Assembly (NCBI RefSeq): GCF_009914755.1
Contig: NC_060933.1
Direction: 5' to 3' (one strand)
Origin: the human T2T-CHM13v2.0 reference genome, Homo sapiens
Length of the DNA: 64,000 nt
The notes under the pieces are model-generated. The model made no database searches and was not told the origin of the DNA. It saw only the letters and a list, made by a program, of their open reading frames with translations. This document shows, piece after piece, positions 38,691 through 53,500 of this stretch. The position numbers and the translations under genes were made by a program. How positions within the stretch are numbered: the stretch's first letter is position 1; the number at the start of each line of letters is the position of its first letter.

Positions 38691-41600
38691 CCATTCCATT
38701 CCATTCCATTCGATTCCATTTCGTTCCATTCCATTCTATTCCGTATCATTCCATTCCATTCCATTCCATTCCATTCCATTCCATTGTACTCGTGTTGATT
38801 CAATTCCATTGCATTCCATTCCATTCCATTCCATTCCATTCCATTCCGTTGCATTCCATTCCATTACTTTCGGATTGATTCTATTCAACTCCCTTACTCT
38901 CCATTACATTCCATTCCATTCTGGTTGTTCCATTCCATTCCATTCCATTCCATTGCACTCGGGTTGATTCCATTCCATTCCATTCCATTCCAATCCATTC
39001 CGGATGATTCCATTCCATTGCATTCCTTTCCATTACATTCCCCTGCACTCGCGTTGATTCCATTCCATTCCATTCCATTCCATTCCATTCCATTCAATTC
39101 CATTCCATTACAATTCGTTCCATTCCATTCTATTCCGTACCATTCCATTCCATTCCATACAATTCCATTCTATTCCATTCCATTCCATTCCGTTCCATTC
39201 CGTTCCATTGCATTCCATTCCATTCTATTCGGATTAATTCCATTCTATTCCATTCCATTCTATTCCATTCCATTGCAATCGAGTTGAATCCATTGCATTT
39301 CATTCCATTCCATTCCATTCCATTCCGGAAGATTCCATTCCATTGCATTCCATTCCATTACATTCCCCTGCACTCGCGTGGATTCCATTCCATTCCATTC
39401 CATTCCATTCCGTTCCGTTGCATTCCATTCCATTCCATTCCATTCCATTCCGTTCCGTTCCATTCCATTCCATTCCATTCTATTCGGGTTAATTCCATTC
39501 CATTCCATTCGATTGCAATCGAGTTGATTCCATTCCATTCCATTCCATTCCATTCCATTCCATTCCATTCCTTTCCATTCCATTACGGTTTATTCCATTC
39601 CATTGCATTCCATTCCATTCCATTCCCATGTACTCGGGTTGATTCCATTCCATTCCATTCCAATCCATGCCATTCCACTCGTGTTGATTCCATTCTTTCC
39701 ATTCCATTCAAGTTGAATCCATTCCATTGCATTCCATTCCATTCGATTCCATTTGATTGCACTCAGGTTGATTCCATTCCATTGCATTCCATTCCATTCC
39801 ATTCCATTCCGTTCCATTACATTCCATTACATTCGGATTGATTCTATTCAATTCCCTTACACTCCATTACATTCCATTCGGGTAGTTTCCATTGCATTCC
39901 ATTCCATTCCTCTCCATTCCATTGCACTCGGGTTGATTCCATTCCATTGCATTCCATTCCATTCCATTCAATTCCATTCCGTTCCATTCCATTCCATTAC
40001 ATTCGGATTGATTCTATTCAACTCCCTTACTCTCCATTACATTCCATTCCATTCGGGTTGTTCCATTCCATTCCATTCCATTCCACTCCATTCCATTGCA
40101 ATCGGGTTGATTCCATTCAATTCCATTCCATTCCATTCCATTCCATTCCGGAAGATTCCATTCCATTGCATTCCATTCCATTCCATTCCCCTGCACTCGC
40201 GTTGATTCCATTCCATTCCATTCTATTCCATTCCATTCCCTTCCTTTCCGTTCCATTCCATTCCATTCCATTCCATTCCGTTCCGTTCCGTTCCATTCCA
40301 TTCCATTCCATTCTATTCGGGTTAATTGCACTCCATTCCATTCGATTGCAATCGAGTTGATTCCATTCCATTCCATTCCATTCCATTCCATTCCTTTCCA
40401 TTCCATTATGGATGATTCCATTCCATTGCATTCCATTCCATTCCATTCCGCTGTACTCGGGTTGATTCCATTCCATTACATTCCAATCCATGCCATTCCA
40501 CTCGTGTTGATTCCATTCTTTCCATTCCATTCAAGTTGAATCCATTCCATTGCATTCCATTCCATTCGATTCCATTCGATTGCAGTCGGGTTGATTCCAT
40601 TCCACTGCATTCCATTCCATTCCATTCCATTCCATTCCATTCCCTTCCGTTCCATTCCATTCCATTACATTCGGATTGATTCTATTCAATTCCCTTAGAT
40701 TCCATTACATTCCATTCCATTCGGGTAGTTTCCATTCCATTCCATTCCATTCCTCTCCATTCCATTGAACTCGGGTTGATTCCATTCCATTCCATTCCAT
40801 TCCATTCCATTCCATTCCATTCCATTGCAATCGAGTTGATTCCATTCCATTCCATTCCATTCCATTCCATTCCACTCCATTCCAGTCCTTTCCATTCCAT
40901 TCCACTCGGGTTGATTCCAATGTATTCCTTTCCATTCCATTCCATTCCATTGTAATCGAGTTGATTCCATTGGTTTGCATGCCATTGCATTCCATTCCAT
41001 TCCGGATGATTCCATTCCATTGCATTCCATTCCATTCCATTCCTCTCCATTCCATTGCACTCGGGTTGATTCCATTCCATTCCATTCCATTCCATTCCAT
41101 TCCATTCCATTACATTTCATTCCATTCCGTTCCTTTGTACTCGGGTTGATTCCATTCCATTGCATTCCATTCCATTCCATTCCATTCCATTCCATTCCAT
41201 TCCGTTCCATTCCATTACATTCGGATTGATTCTATTCAACTCCCTTACTCTCCATTCCATTCCATTCCATTCGGGTTGTTCCATTCCATTCCATTCCATT
41301 CCACTCCATTCCATTGCGCTCGGGTTGATTCCATTCCATTCCATTCCATTCCATTCCATTCCATTCCATTCCATTCCATTCCGGATGATTCCATTCCATT
41401 GCATTCCGTTCCATTACATTCCCTTGCACTCGGGTTCATTCCATTCCATTCCATTCCATTCCATTCGATTCCATTCCATTCCAATTCTTTCCATTCCATT
41501 CTATTCCGTACCATTCCATTCCATTCCATACAATTCCATTCCATTCCATTCCACTCCGTTCCGTTCCTTTCCGTTCTGTTCCGTTCCATTCCATTCCATT

Positions 41601-44600
41601 CCATTCTATTCGGTTTAATTCCATTCCATTCCATTCCATTCCATTCCATTCTATTCCATTCCATTGCAATCGAGTTGAATCCATTGCATTCCATTCCATT
41701 CCATTCCATTCCATTCCGGAAGATTCCATTCCATTGCATTCCATTCCATTCCATTCCATTCCATTCCATTCCATTCCATTCCATTCCATTGCATTCCATT
41801 GTACTCGGGTTGATTCCATTCCATTGCATTCCATTCCATTCCATTCCATTCCGTTCCATTCCATTCCATTACATTCGGATTGATTCTTTTCAACTCCCTT
41901 ACTCTCCATTACATTCCATTCCATTCGGGTTGTTCCATTCCATTCCATTCCATTCCACTCCATTCCATTGCACTCGGGTTGATTCCATTCCATTCCATTC
42001 CGGATGATTCCATTCCATTGCATTCCGTTCCATTACATTCCCCTGCACTCGGGTTGATTCCATTCCATTCCTTTCCATTCCATTCGATTCCATTCCATTC
42101 CCCTGCACGCGCGTTGATTCCATTCCATTCCATTCCATTCCATTCCATTCCATTCCATTCCTTTCCGTTCCATTCCATTCCATTCCATTCCGTTCCGTTC
42201 CATACCATTCCATTCCATTCTATTCGGGTTAATTCCATTCCATTCCATTCGATTGCAATCGAGTTGATTCCATTCCATTCCATACCATTCGATTGCAATC
42301 GAGTTGATTCCATTCCATTCCATTACATTCCATTCCATTCCAGTCCTTTCCATTCCTTTCAATTCCATTACTGATGATTCCATTCTATTGCATTCCATTC
42401 CATTCCATTCCCCTGTACTCGGGTTGATTCCATTCCATTCCATTCCAATCCATGCCATTCCACTCGTGTTGATTCCATTCTTTCCTTTCCATTCAAGTTG
42501 AATCCATTCCATTGCATTCCATTCCATTCGATTCCATTCGATTGCACTCGGGTTGATACCATTCCATTGCATTGCATTCCATTCCATTCCATTCCGTTCC
42601 ATTCCATTTCATTACATTCAGATTGATTCTATTCAATTCCCTTACACTCCAATATATTCCAATCCATTCTGGTTGTTTCCATTCCATTCCATTCCATTTC
42701 ACTCCATTCCATTGCAGTCGGGTTGATTCCATTCCATTCCATTCCATTGCATTCCATTCCATTCCATTCCGGATGATTCCATTACATTGCATTCCATTTC
42801 ATTCCATTCGCCTGCACTCGGGTTGATTCCATTTCATTCCATTCCATTACATTCCGTTCCATTCCATTCCATTCCATTCGGATTGATTCTATTCAATTCC
42901 CTTACGCTCCATTACATTCCATTCCATTCGGGTAGTTTCCATTCCATTCCATTCCATTCCTCTCCATTCCATTGCACTCGGGTTGATTCCATTCCATTCC
43001 ATTCCATTCCATTCCATTCCATTCCATTCCATTACATTCCATTCCATTCCGTTCCATTGTACTCGGGTTGATTCCATTCCATTGCATTCCATTCCATTCC
43101 ATTCCATTCCGTTCCATTCCATTACATTCGGATTGATTCTATTCAACTCCCTTACTCTCCATTACATTCCATTCCTTTCGGGTTGTTCCATTCCATTCCA
43201 TTCCATTCCACTCCATTCCATTGCACTCGGGTTGATTCCATTCCATTCCATTCCATTCCATTCCATTCCATTCCATTCCATTCCATTCCCCTGCACTCGC
43301 GTTGATTCCATTCCATTCCATTCTATTCCATTCCATTCCCTTCCTTTCCGTTCCATTCCATTCCATTCCATTCCATTCCGTTCCGTTCCGTTCCATTCCA
43401 TTCCATTCCATTCTATTCGGGTTAATTCCACTCCATTCCATTCGATTGCAATCGAGTTGATTCCATTCCATTCCATTCCATTCCATTCCATTCCATTCCA
43501 TTCCTTTCCATTCCATTACGGATGATTCCATTCCATTGCATTCCATTCCATTCCATTTCGCTGTACTCGGGTTGATTCCATTCCATTACATTCCCATCCA
43601 TGCCATTCCACTCGTGTTGATTCCATTATTTCCATTCCATTCCCATCCATGCCATTCCACTCGTGTTGATTCCATTCTTTCCATTCCATTCAAGTTGAAT
43701 CCATTCCATTGCATTCCATTCCATTCGATTCCATTCGATTGCACTCGGGTTGATTCCATTCCACTGCATTCCATTCCATTCCATTCCATTCCATTCTGTT
43801 CCATTCCATTCCATTACATTCGGATTGATTCTATTCAATTCCCTTAGACTCCATTACATTCCATTCCATTCCTGTAGTTTCCATTCCATTCCATTCCATT
43901 CCTCTCCATTCCATTGCACTCGGGTTGATTCCATTCCATTCCATTCCATTCCATTCCATTCCATTCCATTCCGTTCCATTCCATTCCATTACATTCGGAT
44001 TGATTCTATTCAACTCCCTTACTCTCCATTACATTACATTCCATTCGTGTTGTTCCATTCCATTCCATTCCATTCCACTCCATTCCATTGCACTCGGGTT
44101 TATTCCATTCCATTCCATTCCATTCCATTCCATTCCGGAAGATTCCATTCCATTGCATTCCATTCCATTCCATTCCCCTGCACTCGCGTTGATTCCATTC
44201 CATTCCATTCCATTCCATTCCTTTCCGTTCCATTCCATTCCATTCCATTCCATTCCAATCCATTCCATTCCGTTCCGTTCCGTTCCATTCCATTCCATTC
44301 TATTCTATTCGGGTTAATTCCATTCCATTCCGTTCGATTGCAATCGAGTTGATTCCATTCCATTCCATTCCATTCCATTCCTTTCCATTCCATTACGGAT
44401 GATTCCATTCCATTGCATTCCATTCCATTCCATTCCTCTGTACTCGGGTTGATTCCATTCCATTCCATTCCAATCCATGCCATTCCACTCGTGTTGATTC
44501 CATTCTTTCCATTTCATTCAAGTTGAATCCATTCCTTTGCATTCCATTCCATTCCATTCCCCTGCAGTCAGGTTGTTTCCATTCCATTCCATTCCATTCC

Positions 44601-46229
44601 CCTGCTGTCGGGTTCTTTCCATTCCATTCCATTCCATTCCATTCCCCTGCACTTGCGTTGATTCCATTCCATTCCATTCCATTCCATTCCATTCCATTCC
44701 ATTCCTTTCCGTTCCATTCCATTCCATTCCGTTCCATTCCAATCCATTCCATTCCGTTTCGTTCCGTTCCATTCCATTCCATTCCATTCTATTCGGGTTA
44801 ATTCCATTCCATTCCGTTCAATTGCAATCGAGTTGATTCCATTCCATTCCATTCCATTCCTTTCCATTCCATTACGGATGATTCCATTCCATTGCATTCC
44901 ATTCCATTCCATTCCCCTGTACTCGGGTTGATTCCATTCCATTCCATTCCAATCCATGCCATTCCACTCGTGTTGATTCCATTCTTTCCATTCCATTCAA
45001 GTTGAATCCATTCCATTGCATTCCATTCCATTGCATTCCCCTGCAGTCGGGTTGTTTCCATTCCATTCCATTCCATTCCATTCCATTCCATTCCATTCCG
45101 TTCCGTTCCATTCCATTCCATTCCATTCTATTCGGGTTAATTCCATTCCATTCCATTCCATTCCATTCCATTCCATTCCATTCCATTCCATTCCAATCGA
45201 GTTGATTCCATTCCATTCCATTCCATTCCATTCCACTCCATTCCAGTCCTTTCCATTCCATTCCAGTCGGGTTGATTCCAATGTATTCCTTTCCATTCCA
45301 TTCCATTCCATTGCAATCGAGTTGATTCCATTGCTTTGCATTCCATTCCATTCCATTCCATTCCATTCCGCAGGATTCCATTCCATTGCATTCCATTCCA
45401 TTCCATTCCCCTGCACTCGGGTTGATTCCATACCATTCCACTCCATTCCGTTCCATTCCATTCCATTCCATTGTATTCGGGTTAATTCCATTCCATTCCA
45501 ATCCATTCCATTCCATTCCATTACAATCGAGTTGATTCCATTCCATTCCATTCCATTCCAGTCCCTTCCATTCCATTCCACTCGGGTTGATTCCATTCTA
45601 TTAGTTTCCATTCCATTCCATTCCCTTCCATTCCACTCTGGATGATTCCATTCCTTTCCATTCCACTCGAATACATTCCCTCCTATTCCCCTCGGAACGA
45701 TTCCATTCCATTCCATTCCATTCCATTCCATTCCATTCCACTCCATTCCATTGCACTCGGGTTGATTCCATTCCATTCCATTCCATTCCATTCCGTTCCA
45801 TTCCATTGCGGATGATTCCATTCCATTGCATTCCGTTCCATTACATTCCCCTGCACTCGCGTTGATTCCATTCCATTCCATTCCATTCCATTCAATTCCA
45901 TTCCATTACTATTCGTTCCATTCCATTCTATTCCGTACCATTCCATTCTGTTCCATACCATTCCATTCCATTCCATTCCATTCCGTTCCATTCCGTTCCA
46001 TTACATTCCATTCCATTCTATTCGAATTACTTCCATTCCATTCCATTGCATTCCATTCTATTCCATTCCATTGCAATCGAGTTGAACCCATTGCATTTCA
46101 TTCCATTCCATTCCATTCCATTCCATTCCGGAAGATTCCATTCCATTGCATTCCATTCCAATCCATTCCCCTGCACTCGAGTTGATTCCATTCCATTCCA
46201 TTCCATTCCATTCCATTCCGTTCCGTTCC

Positions 46230-47560
46230 GTTCCTTTCCATTCCATTACATTCGGATTCATTCTATTCAACTCCCTTACTCTCCATTACATTCCATTCCA
46301 TTCGGGTTGTTCCATTCCATTCCATTCCATTCCACTCCATTCCATTGCACTCGGGTTGATTCCATTCCATTCCATTCCATTCCATTCCATTCCATTCCAT
46401 TCCGGAAGATTCCATTCCATTGCATTCCATTCCATTCCATTCCCCTGCACTCGCGTTGATTCCATTCCATTCCATTCTATTCCATTCCATTCCCTTCCTT
46501 TTCGGTCCATTCCATTCCATTCCATTCCATTCCATTCTATTCGGGTTAATTCCATTCCATTCCATTCCATTCCATTACAATCGAGTTGATTCCATTCCAT
46601 TCCATTCCATTCCAGTCTTTTCCATTCCATTCCTCTCGGGTTGATTCCATTCTATTAGTTTCCATTCCATTCCATTCCCTTCAATTCCACTCTGGTTGAT
46701 TCCATTCCTTTCCATTCCACTCGAATACATTCCCTCCTATTCCACTCGGAACGATTCCATTCCATTCCATTCCATTCCATTCCATTCCATTCCATTCCAT
46801 TTCGTTCCATTCCATTCTATTCCGTATCATTCCATTCCATTCAATTCCCTTCCATTCCATTCCATTCCATTCCATTTCGTTCCATTCCATTCTATTCCGT
46901 ATCATTCCATTCCATTCCATTCCATTCCATTCCATTCAATTCCATTCCGTTCCATTCCATTCCATTACATTCGGATTCATTCTATTCAACTCCCTTACTC
47001 TCCATTACATTCCATTCCATTCGGGTTGTTCCATTCCATTCCATTCCATTCCACTCCATTCCATTGCACTCGGGTTGATTCCATTCCATTCCATTCCATT
47101 CCATTCCATTCCATTCCGGAAGATTCCATTCCATTGCATTCCATTCCATTCCATTCCCCTGCACTCGCGTTGTTTCCATTCCATTCCATTCTATTCCATT
47201 CCATTCCCTTCCTTTTCTTTCCATTCCATTCCATTCCATTCCATTCCATTCGGGTTAATTCCATTCCATTCCATTCCATTCCATTACAATCGAGTTGATT
47301 CCATTCCATTCCATTCCATTCCACTCTTTTCCATTCCATTCCTCTCGGGTTGATTCCATTCTATTAGTTTCCATTCCATTCCATTCCCTTCCATTCCACT
47401 CTGGTTGATTCCATTCCTTTCCATTCCACTCGAATACATTCCCTCCTATTCCACTCGGAACGATTCCATTCCATTCCATTCCATTCCATTCCATTCCATT
47501 CCATTCCATTCCATTCCATTTCGTTCCATTCCATTCTATTCCGTATCATTCCATTCCATT
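46230..47560 (+). repeat. Local tandem duplication, unit ~710-720 bp
   Basis: Private variants TTCGGATTCATTCTA (~46,251/~46,970) and CCTCTCGGGTTG (46,632/47,341); ORF offsets 719 and 709. Confidence 0.85.
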
Positions 47561-50500
47561 CCATTCCATTCCATTCCATTCCATTCCATTCCATTCCATT
47601 CCATTCCATTGTACTCGGGTTGATTCAATTCCATTGCCTTCCATTCCATTCCATTCCATTTGATTGCACTCGGGTTGATTCCATTCCATTCCATTCCATT
47701 CCATTCCATTCCATTCCATTCCGTTCCATTCCATTCCATTACATTCGGATTGATTCTATTCAATTCCCTTACACTCCATTACATTCCATTCCATTCGGGT
47801 AGTTTCCATTCCATTCCATTCCATTCCTCTCCATTCCATTGCACTCGGGTTGATTCCATTCCATTGCATTCCATTCCATACCGTTCAATTCCATTCCATT
47901 CCATTCCATTCCATTACATTCGGATTGATTCTATTCAACTCCCTTACTCTCCATTACATTCGATTCCATTCGGGTTGTTCCATTCCATTCCATTCCATTC
48001 CACTCCATTCCATTGCACTCGGGTTGATTCCATTCAATTCCATTCCATTCCATTCCATTCCATTCCATTCCATTCCATTCCGGAAGGTTCCATTCCATTA
48101 CATTCCATTCCATTCCATTCCCCTGCACTCACGTTGATTCCATTCCATTCCATTTCATTCCATTCCATTCCATTCCATTCCATTCCATTCCATTCCTTTC
48201 CGTTCCATTCCATTCCATTCCATTCCATTCCATTCCGTTCCGTTCCGTTCCGTTCCATTGCATTCCATTCCATTCTATTCGGGTTAATTCCATTCCATTC
48301 CATTCGATTGCAATCGAGTTGATTCCATGCCATTCCATTCCATTCCATTCCATTCCATTCCATACCTTTCCATTCCATTACGGATGATTCCATTGCATTG
48401 CATTCCATTCCATTCCTTTCCCCTGTACTCGGGTTGATTCCATTCCATTCCATTCCAATCCATGCCATTCCACTCGTGTTGATTCCATTCTTTCCATTCC
48501 ATTCAAGTTGAATCCATTCCATTGCTTTCCATTCCATTCCATTCCCCTGCAGTCGGGTTGATTCCATTCCATTCCATTCCATTCCATTCCATTCCATTCC
48601 ATTCCATTTCATTCCGTTCCGTTCCGTTCCGTTCCATTCCATTCCATTCCATTCTATTCTGGTTAATTCCATTCCATTCCATTCCATTCCAATCGAGTTG
48701 ATTCTATTCCATTCCATTCCATTCCATTCCACTCCATTCCAGTCCATTCCATTCCACTCCACTCGGGTTGATTCCAATGTATTCCTTTCCATTCCATTCC
48801 ATTCCATTGCAATCGAGTTGATTTCATTGCTTTGCATTCCATTCCATTCCATTCCATTCCGGATGATTCCATTCCATTGCATTCCATTCCATTCCGTTCC
48901 TCTGCACTCGGGTTGATTCCATTCCATTCCACTCCATTCCGTTCCATTCCATTCCATTCCATTGTATTCGGGTTAATTCCATTCCATTCCAGTCCATTCC
49001 ATTCCATTCCATTCTATTACAATCGAGTTGATTCCATTCCATTCCATTCCATTCCATTCCATTCCAGTCCTTTCCATTCCATTCCACTCGGGTTGATTCC
49101 ATTCTATTTGTTTCCATTCCATTCCATTCCCTTCCATTCCACTCTGCTGATTCCATTCCTTTCCATTCCACTCGAATACATTCCCTCCTATTCCACTCGG
49201 AACGATTCCATTCCATTCCATTCCATTCCATTCCATTCCATTCCATTCCATTTCGTTCCATTCCATTCTATTCCGTATCATTCCATTCCATTCCATTCCA
49301 TTCCATTCCATTCCACTCGTGTTGATTGCATTCCTTTCCATTGCATTAGGTTTGAAGGCATTCCATTCCATTCCATTCCATTCCATTCCATTCCATTCCA
49401 TTGTACTCGGGTTGATTCCATTCCATTCCATTCCATTCCATTCCATTCCGGATGATTCCCTTCCATTGCATTCCATTCCTTTCCATTCCCCTGCACTCGG
49501 GTTGATTCCATTCCATTCCATTCCATTACATTCCGTTCCATTCCATTCCATTCCATTCGGATTGATTCTATTCAATTCCCTTACATTCCATTACATTCCA
49601 TTCCATTCGGGTAGTTTCCATTCCATTCCATTCCGTTCCTCTCCATTCCATTGCACTCGGGTTGATTCCATTCCATTCCATTCCATTCCATTCCATTCCA
49701 TTCCATTCCATTCCATTCCGTTCCATTGTACTCGGGTTGATTCCATTCCATTGCATTCCATTCCATTCCATTCCATTACATTCCATTCCATTCCATTCCA
49801 TTCCTTTCCATTCCATTACTTTCGAATTGATTCTATTCAACTGCCTTACTCTCCATTACATTCCATTCCATTCGGGTTGTTCCATTCCATTCCATTCCAT
49901 TCCACTCCATTCCATTGCACTCGGGTTGATTCCATTCCATTCCATTCAGGATGATTCCATTCCATTGCATTCCGTTCCATTACATTCCCCTGCACTCGGG
50001 TTGATTCCATTCCATTCCATTCCATTCCATTCGATTCCATTCCATTCCAATTCATTCCATTCCATTCTATTCCGTACCATTCCATTCCATTCCATACAAT
50101 TCCATTCCGTTCCATTCCACTCCGTTCCGTTCCGTTCAGTTCCGTTCCGTTCCGTTCCATTCCTTTCCATTCCATTCTATTCGGTTTAATTCCATTCCAT
50201 TCCATTCCATTCCATTCTATTCCATTCCATTGCAATCGAGTTGAATCCATTGCATTCCATTACATTCCATTCCATTCCATTCCTTTCCATTCCGGAAGAT
50301 TCCATTCCATTGCATTCCATTCCATTCCATTCCGTTCCATTCCATTCCATTCCATTCCATTCCATTCCATTGTACTCGGGTTGATTCCATTCCATTGCAT
50401 TCCATTCCATTCCATTCCATTCCATTACATTCCGTTCCATTCCATTCCATTCCATTCGGATTGATTCTTTTCAACTCCCTTACTCTCCATTCCATTCCAT

Positions 50501-53500
50501 TCCATTCGGGTTGTTCCATTCCATTCCATTCCATTCCACTCCATTCCATTGTACTCGGGTTGATTCCATTCCATTCCATTCCATTCCATTCCGGATGATT
50601 CCTTTCCATTGCATTCCGTTCCATTACATTCCCCTGCACTCGGGTTGATTCCATTCCATTCCATTCCATTCGATTCCATTCCATTCTCCTGCACTCGCGT
50701 TGATTCCATTCCATTCCATTCCATTCCATTCCATTCCATTCCATTCCATTCCATTCCTTTCCATTCCAGTCCTTTCCATTCCATTCCACTAGGGTTGATT
50801 CCATTCTATTATTTTCCATTCCATTCCATTCCCTTCCATTCCACTCTGGTTGATTCCATTCCTTTCCATTCCTCTCGAATACATTCCCTCCTATTCCACT
50901 CGGAACGATTCCATTCCATTCCATTCCATTCCATTCCATTCCATTCCATTCCATTCCATTCCATTCCATTTCGTTCCATTCCATCCTATTCCGTATCATT
51001 CCATTCCATTCCATTCCATTCCATTCCATTCCACTCGTGTTGATTCCATTCCTTTCCATTCCATTCGGGTTGAAGGCATTCCATTCCATTCCATTCCATT
51101 CCGTTCCATTCCATTCCATTACATTCGGATTGATTCTATTCAATTCCCTTACACTCCATTACATTCCATTCCATTCGGGTAGTTTCCATTCCATTCCATT
51201 CCATTCCTCTCCATTCCATTGCACTCGGGTTGATTCCATTCCATTCCATTCCATTCCATTCCATTCCGGATGATTCCATTCCATTGCATTCCGTTCCATT
51301 ACATTCCCCTGCACTCGCGTTGATTCCATTCCATTCCATTCCATTCCATTGAATTCCATTCCATTACAATTCCTTCCATTCCATTCTATTCCGTACCATT
51401 CCATTCCATTCCATACCATTCCATTGCATTCCATTCCATTACATTCCATTCCATTCCACTCCATTCCAGTCCTTTCCATTCCATTCCAACCAGGTTGATT
51501 CCATTCTATTCCTTTCCATTCGATCTCTTTCCATTGCAATCGAGTTGATTCCATTGCTTTGCATTCCATTCCATTCCATTCCATTCCGGATGATTCCATT
51601 CCATTGCATTCCATTCCATTCCATTCCCCTGCACTCGGGTTGAATCCATTCCATTCCACTCCATTCCGTTCCATTCCATTCCATTCCATTCCATTCCATT
51701 GTATTCGGGTTAATTCCATTCCATTCCATTCCATTCCATTCCATTCCATTCCATTCCATTACAATCGAGTTGATTCCATTCCATTCCATTCCATTCCATT
51801 CCAGTCCTTTCCATTCCATTCCACTCGGGTTGATTCCAATCTATTAGTTTCCATTCCATTCCATTCCCTTCCATTCCTCTCTGGTTGATTCCATTCCTTT
51901 CCATTCCACTCGAATACATTCCCTCCTATTCCACTCCGAACGATTCCATTCCATTCCATTCCATTCCATTCCATTCCGTTCCATTCCATTCCATTACATT
52001 CGGATTGATACTATTCAATTCCCTTACACTCCAGTACATTCCATTCCATTCGGGTAGTTTCCATTCCATTCCATTCCATTCCTCTCCATTCCATTGCACT
52101 CGGGTTGATTCCACTCCATTGCATTCCATTCCATTCCATTCAATTCCATTCCGTTCCATTCCATTCCATTACATTCGGATTGATTCTATTCAACTCCCTT
52201 ACTCTCCATTACATTCCATTCCATTCGGGTTGTTCCATTCCATTCCATTCCATTCCACTCCATTCCATTGCACTCGGGTTGATTCCATTCCATTCCATTC
52301 CATTCCATTCCATTCCATTCCATTCCATTCCGGATGATTCCATTCCATTACATTCCGTTCCATTACATTCCCCTGCACTCGGGTTGATTCCATTCCATTC
52401 CATTCCATTCCATTCCATTCCATTCCAATTCTTTCCATTCCATTCTATTCCGTACCATTCCATTCCATTCCATACAATTCCATTCCATTCCATTCCATTC
52501 CGTTCCGTTCCGTTCCGTTCCGTTCCGTTCCATTCCATTCCATTCCATTCTATTCGGGTTAATTCCATTCCGTTCCATTCCATTCCATTCTATTCCATTC
52601 CATTGCAATCGAGTTGAATCCATTGCATTCCATTCCATTCCATTCCGGAAGATTCCATTGCATTGCATTCCATTCCATTCCATTCCCCTGCACTCGTGTT
52701 GATTCCATTCCATTCCATTCCATTCCATTCCATTCCGATCCGTTCCATTCCATTCCATTCCATTCCATTCCATTCCATTCCATTCCGTTCCGTTCCGTTC
52801 CATTCCATTCCATTCCATTCTATGCGGGTTAATTCCATTCCATTCCATTCGATTGCAATCGAGTTGATTCCATTCCATTCCATTCCATTCCATTCCATTC
52901 CATTCCATTCCTTTCCATTAAATTACGTATGATTCCATTCCATTTTATTCCATTCCATTCCATTCCCCTGTACTCTGGTTGATTCCATTCCATTCCATTC
53001 CAATCCATGCCATTCCACTCGTGTTGATTCCATTCTTTCCATTCCATTCAAGTTGAATCCATTCAATTGCATTCCATTCCATTCGATTCCATTCGATTGC
53101 ACTCGGGTTGATTCCATGGCATTGCATTTCATTCCATTCCATTCCATTCCTTTCCATTCCATTCCATTCCATTCGGATTCATTCTATTCAATTCCCTTAC
53201 ACTCCATTACATTCCATTCCATTCGGGTAGTTTCCATTCCATTCCATTCCATTCCTCTCCATTCCATTGCACTCGGGTTGATTCCATTCCATTCCATTCC
53301 ATTCCATTCCATTCCATTCCGGATGATTCCATTCCATTGAATTCCATTCCATTCCATTCCCCTGCACTTGGGTTGATTCCATTCCATTCCATTCCATTCC
53401 TTTCTGTTCCATTCCATTCCATTCCATTCCATTCTATTCGTGTTAATTCCATTCCATTCTATTCCATTCCATTCCATTGAAATCGAGTTGATTCCATTCC

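Noticed and set aside
34860-40700. The ~3.4-kb period as Y-chromosome DYZ1 higher-order repeat
   Set aside because: The period is local (under two copies) rather than array-wide, so the similar size alone is not evidence.
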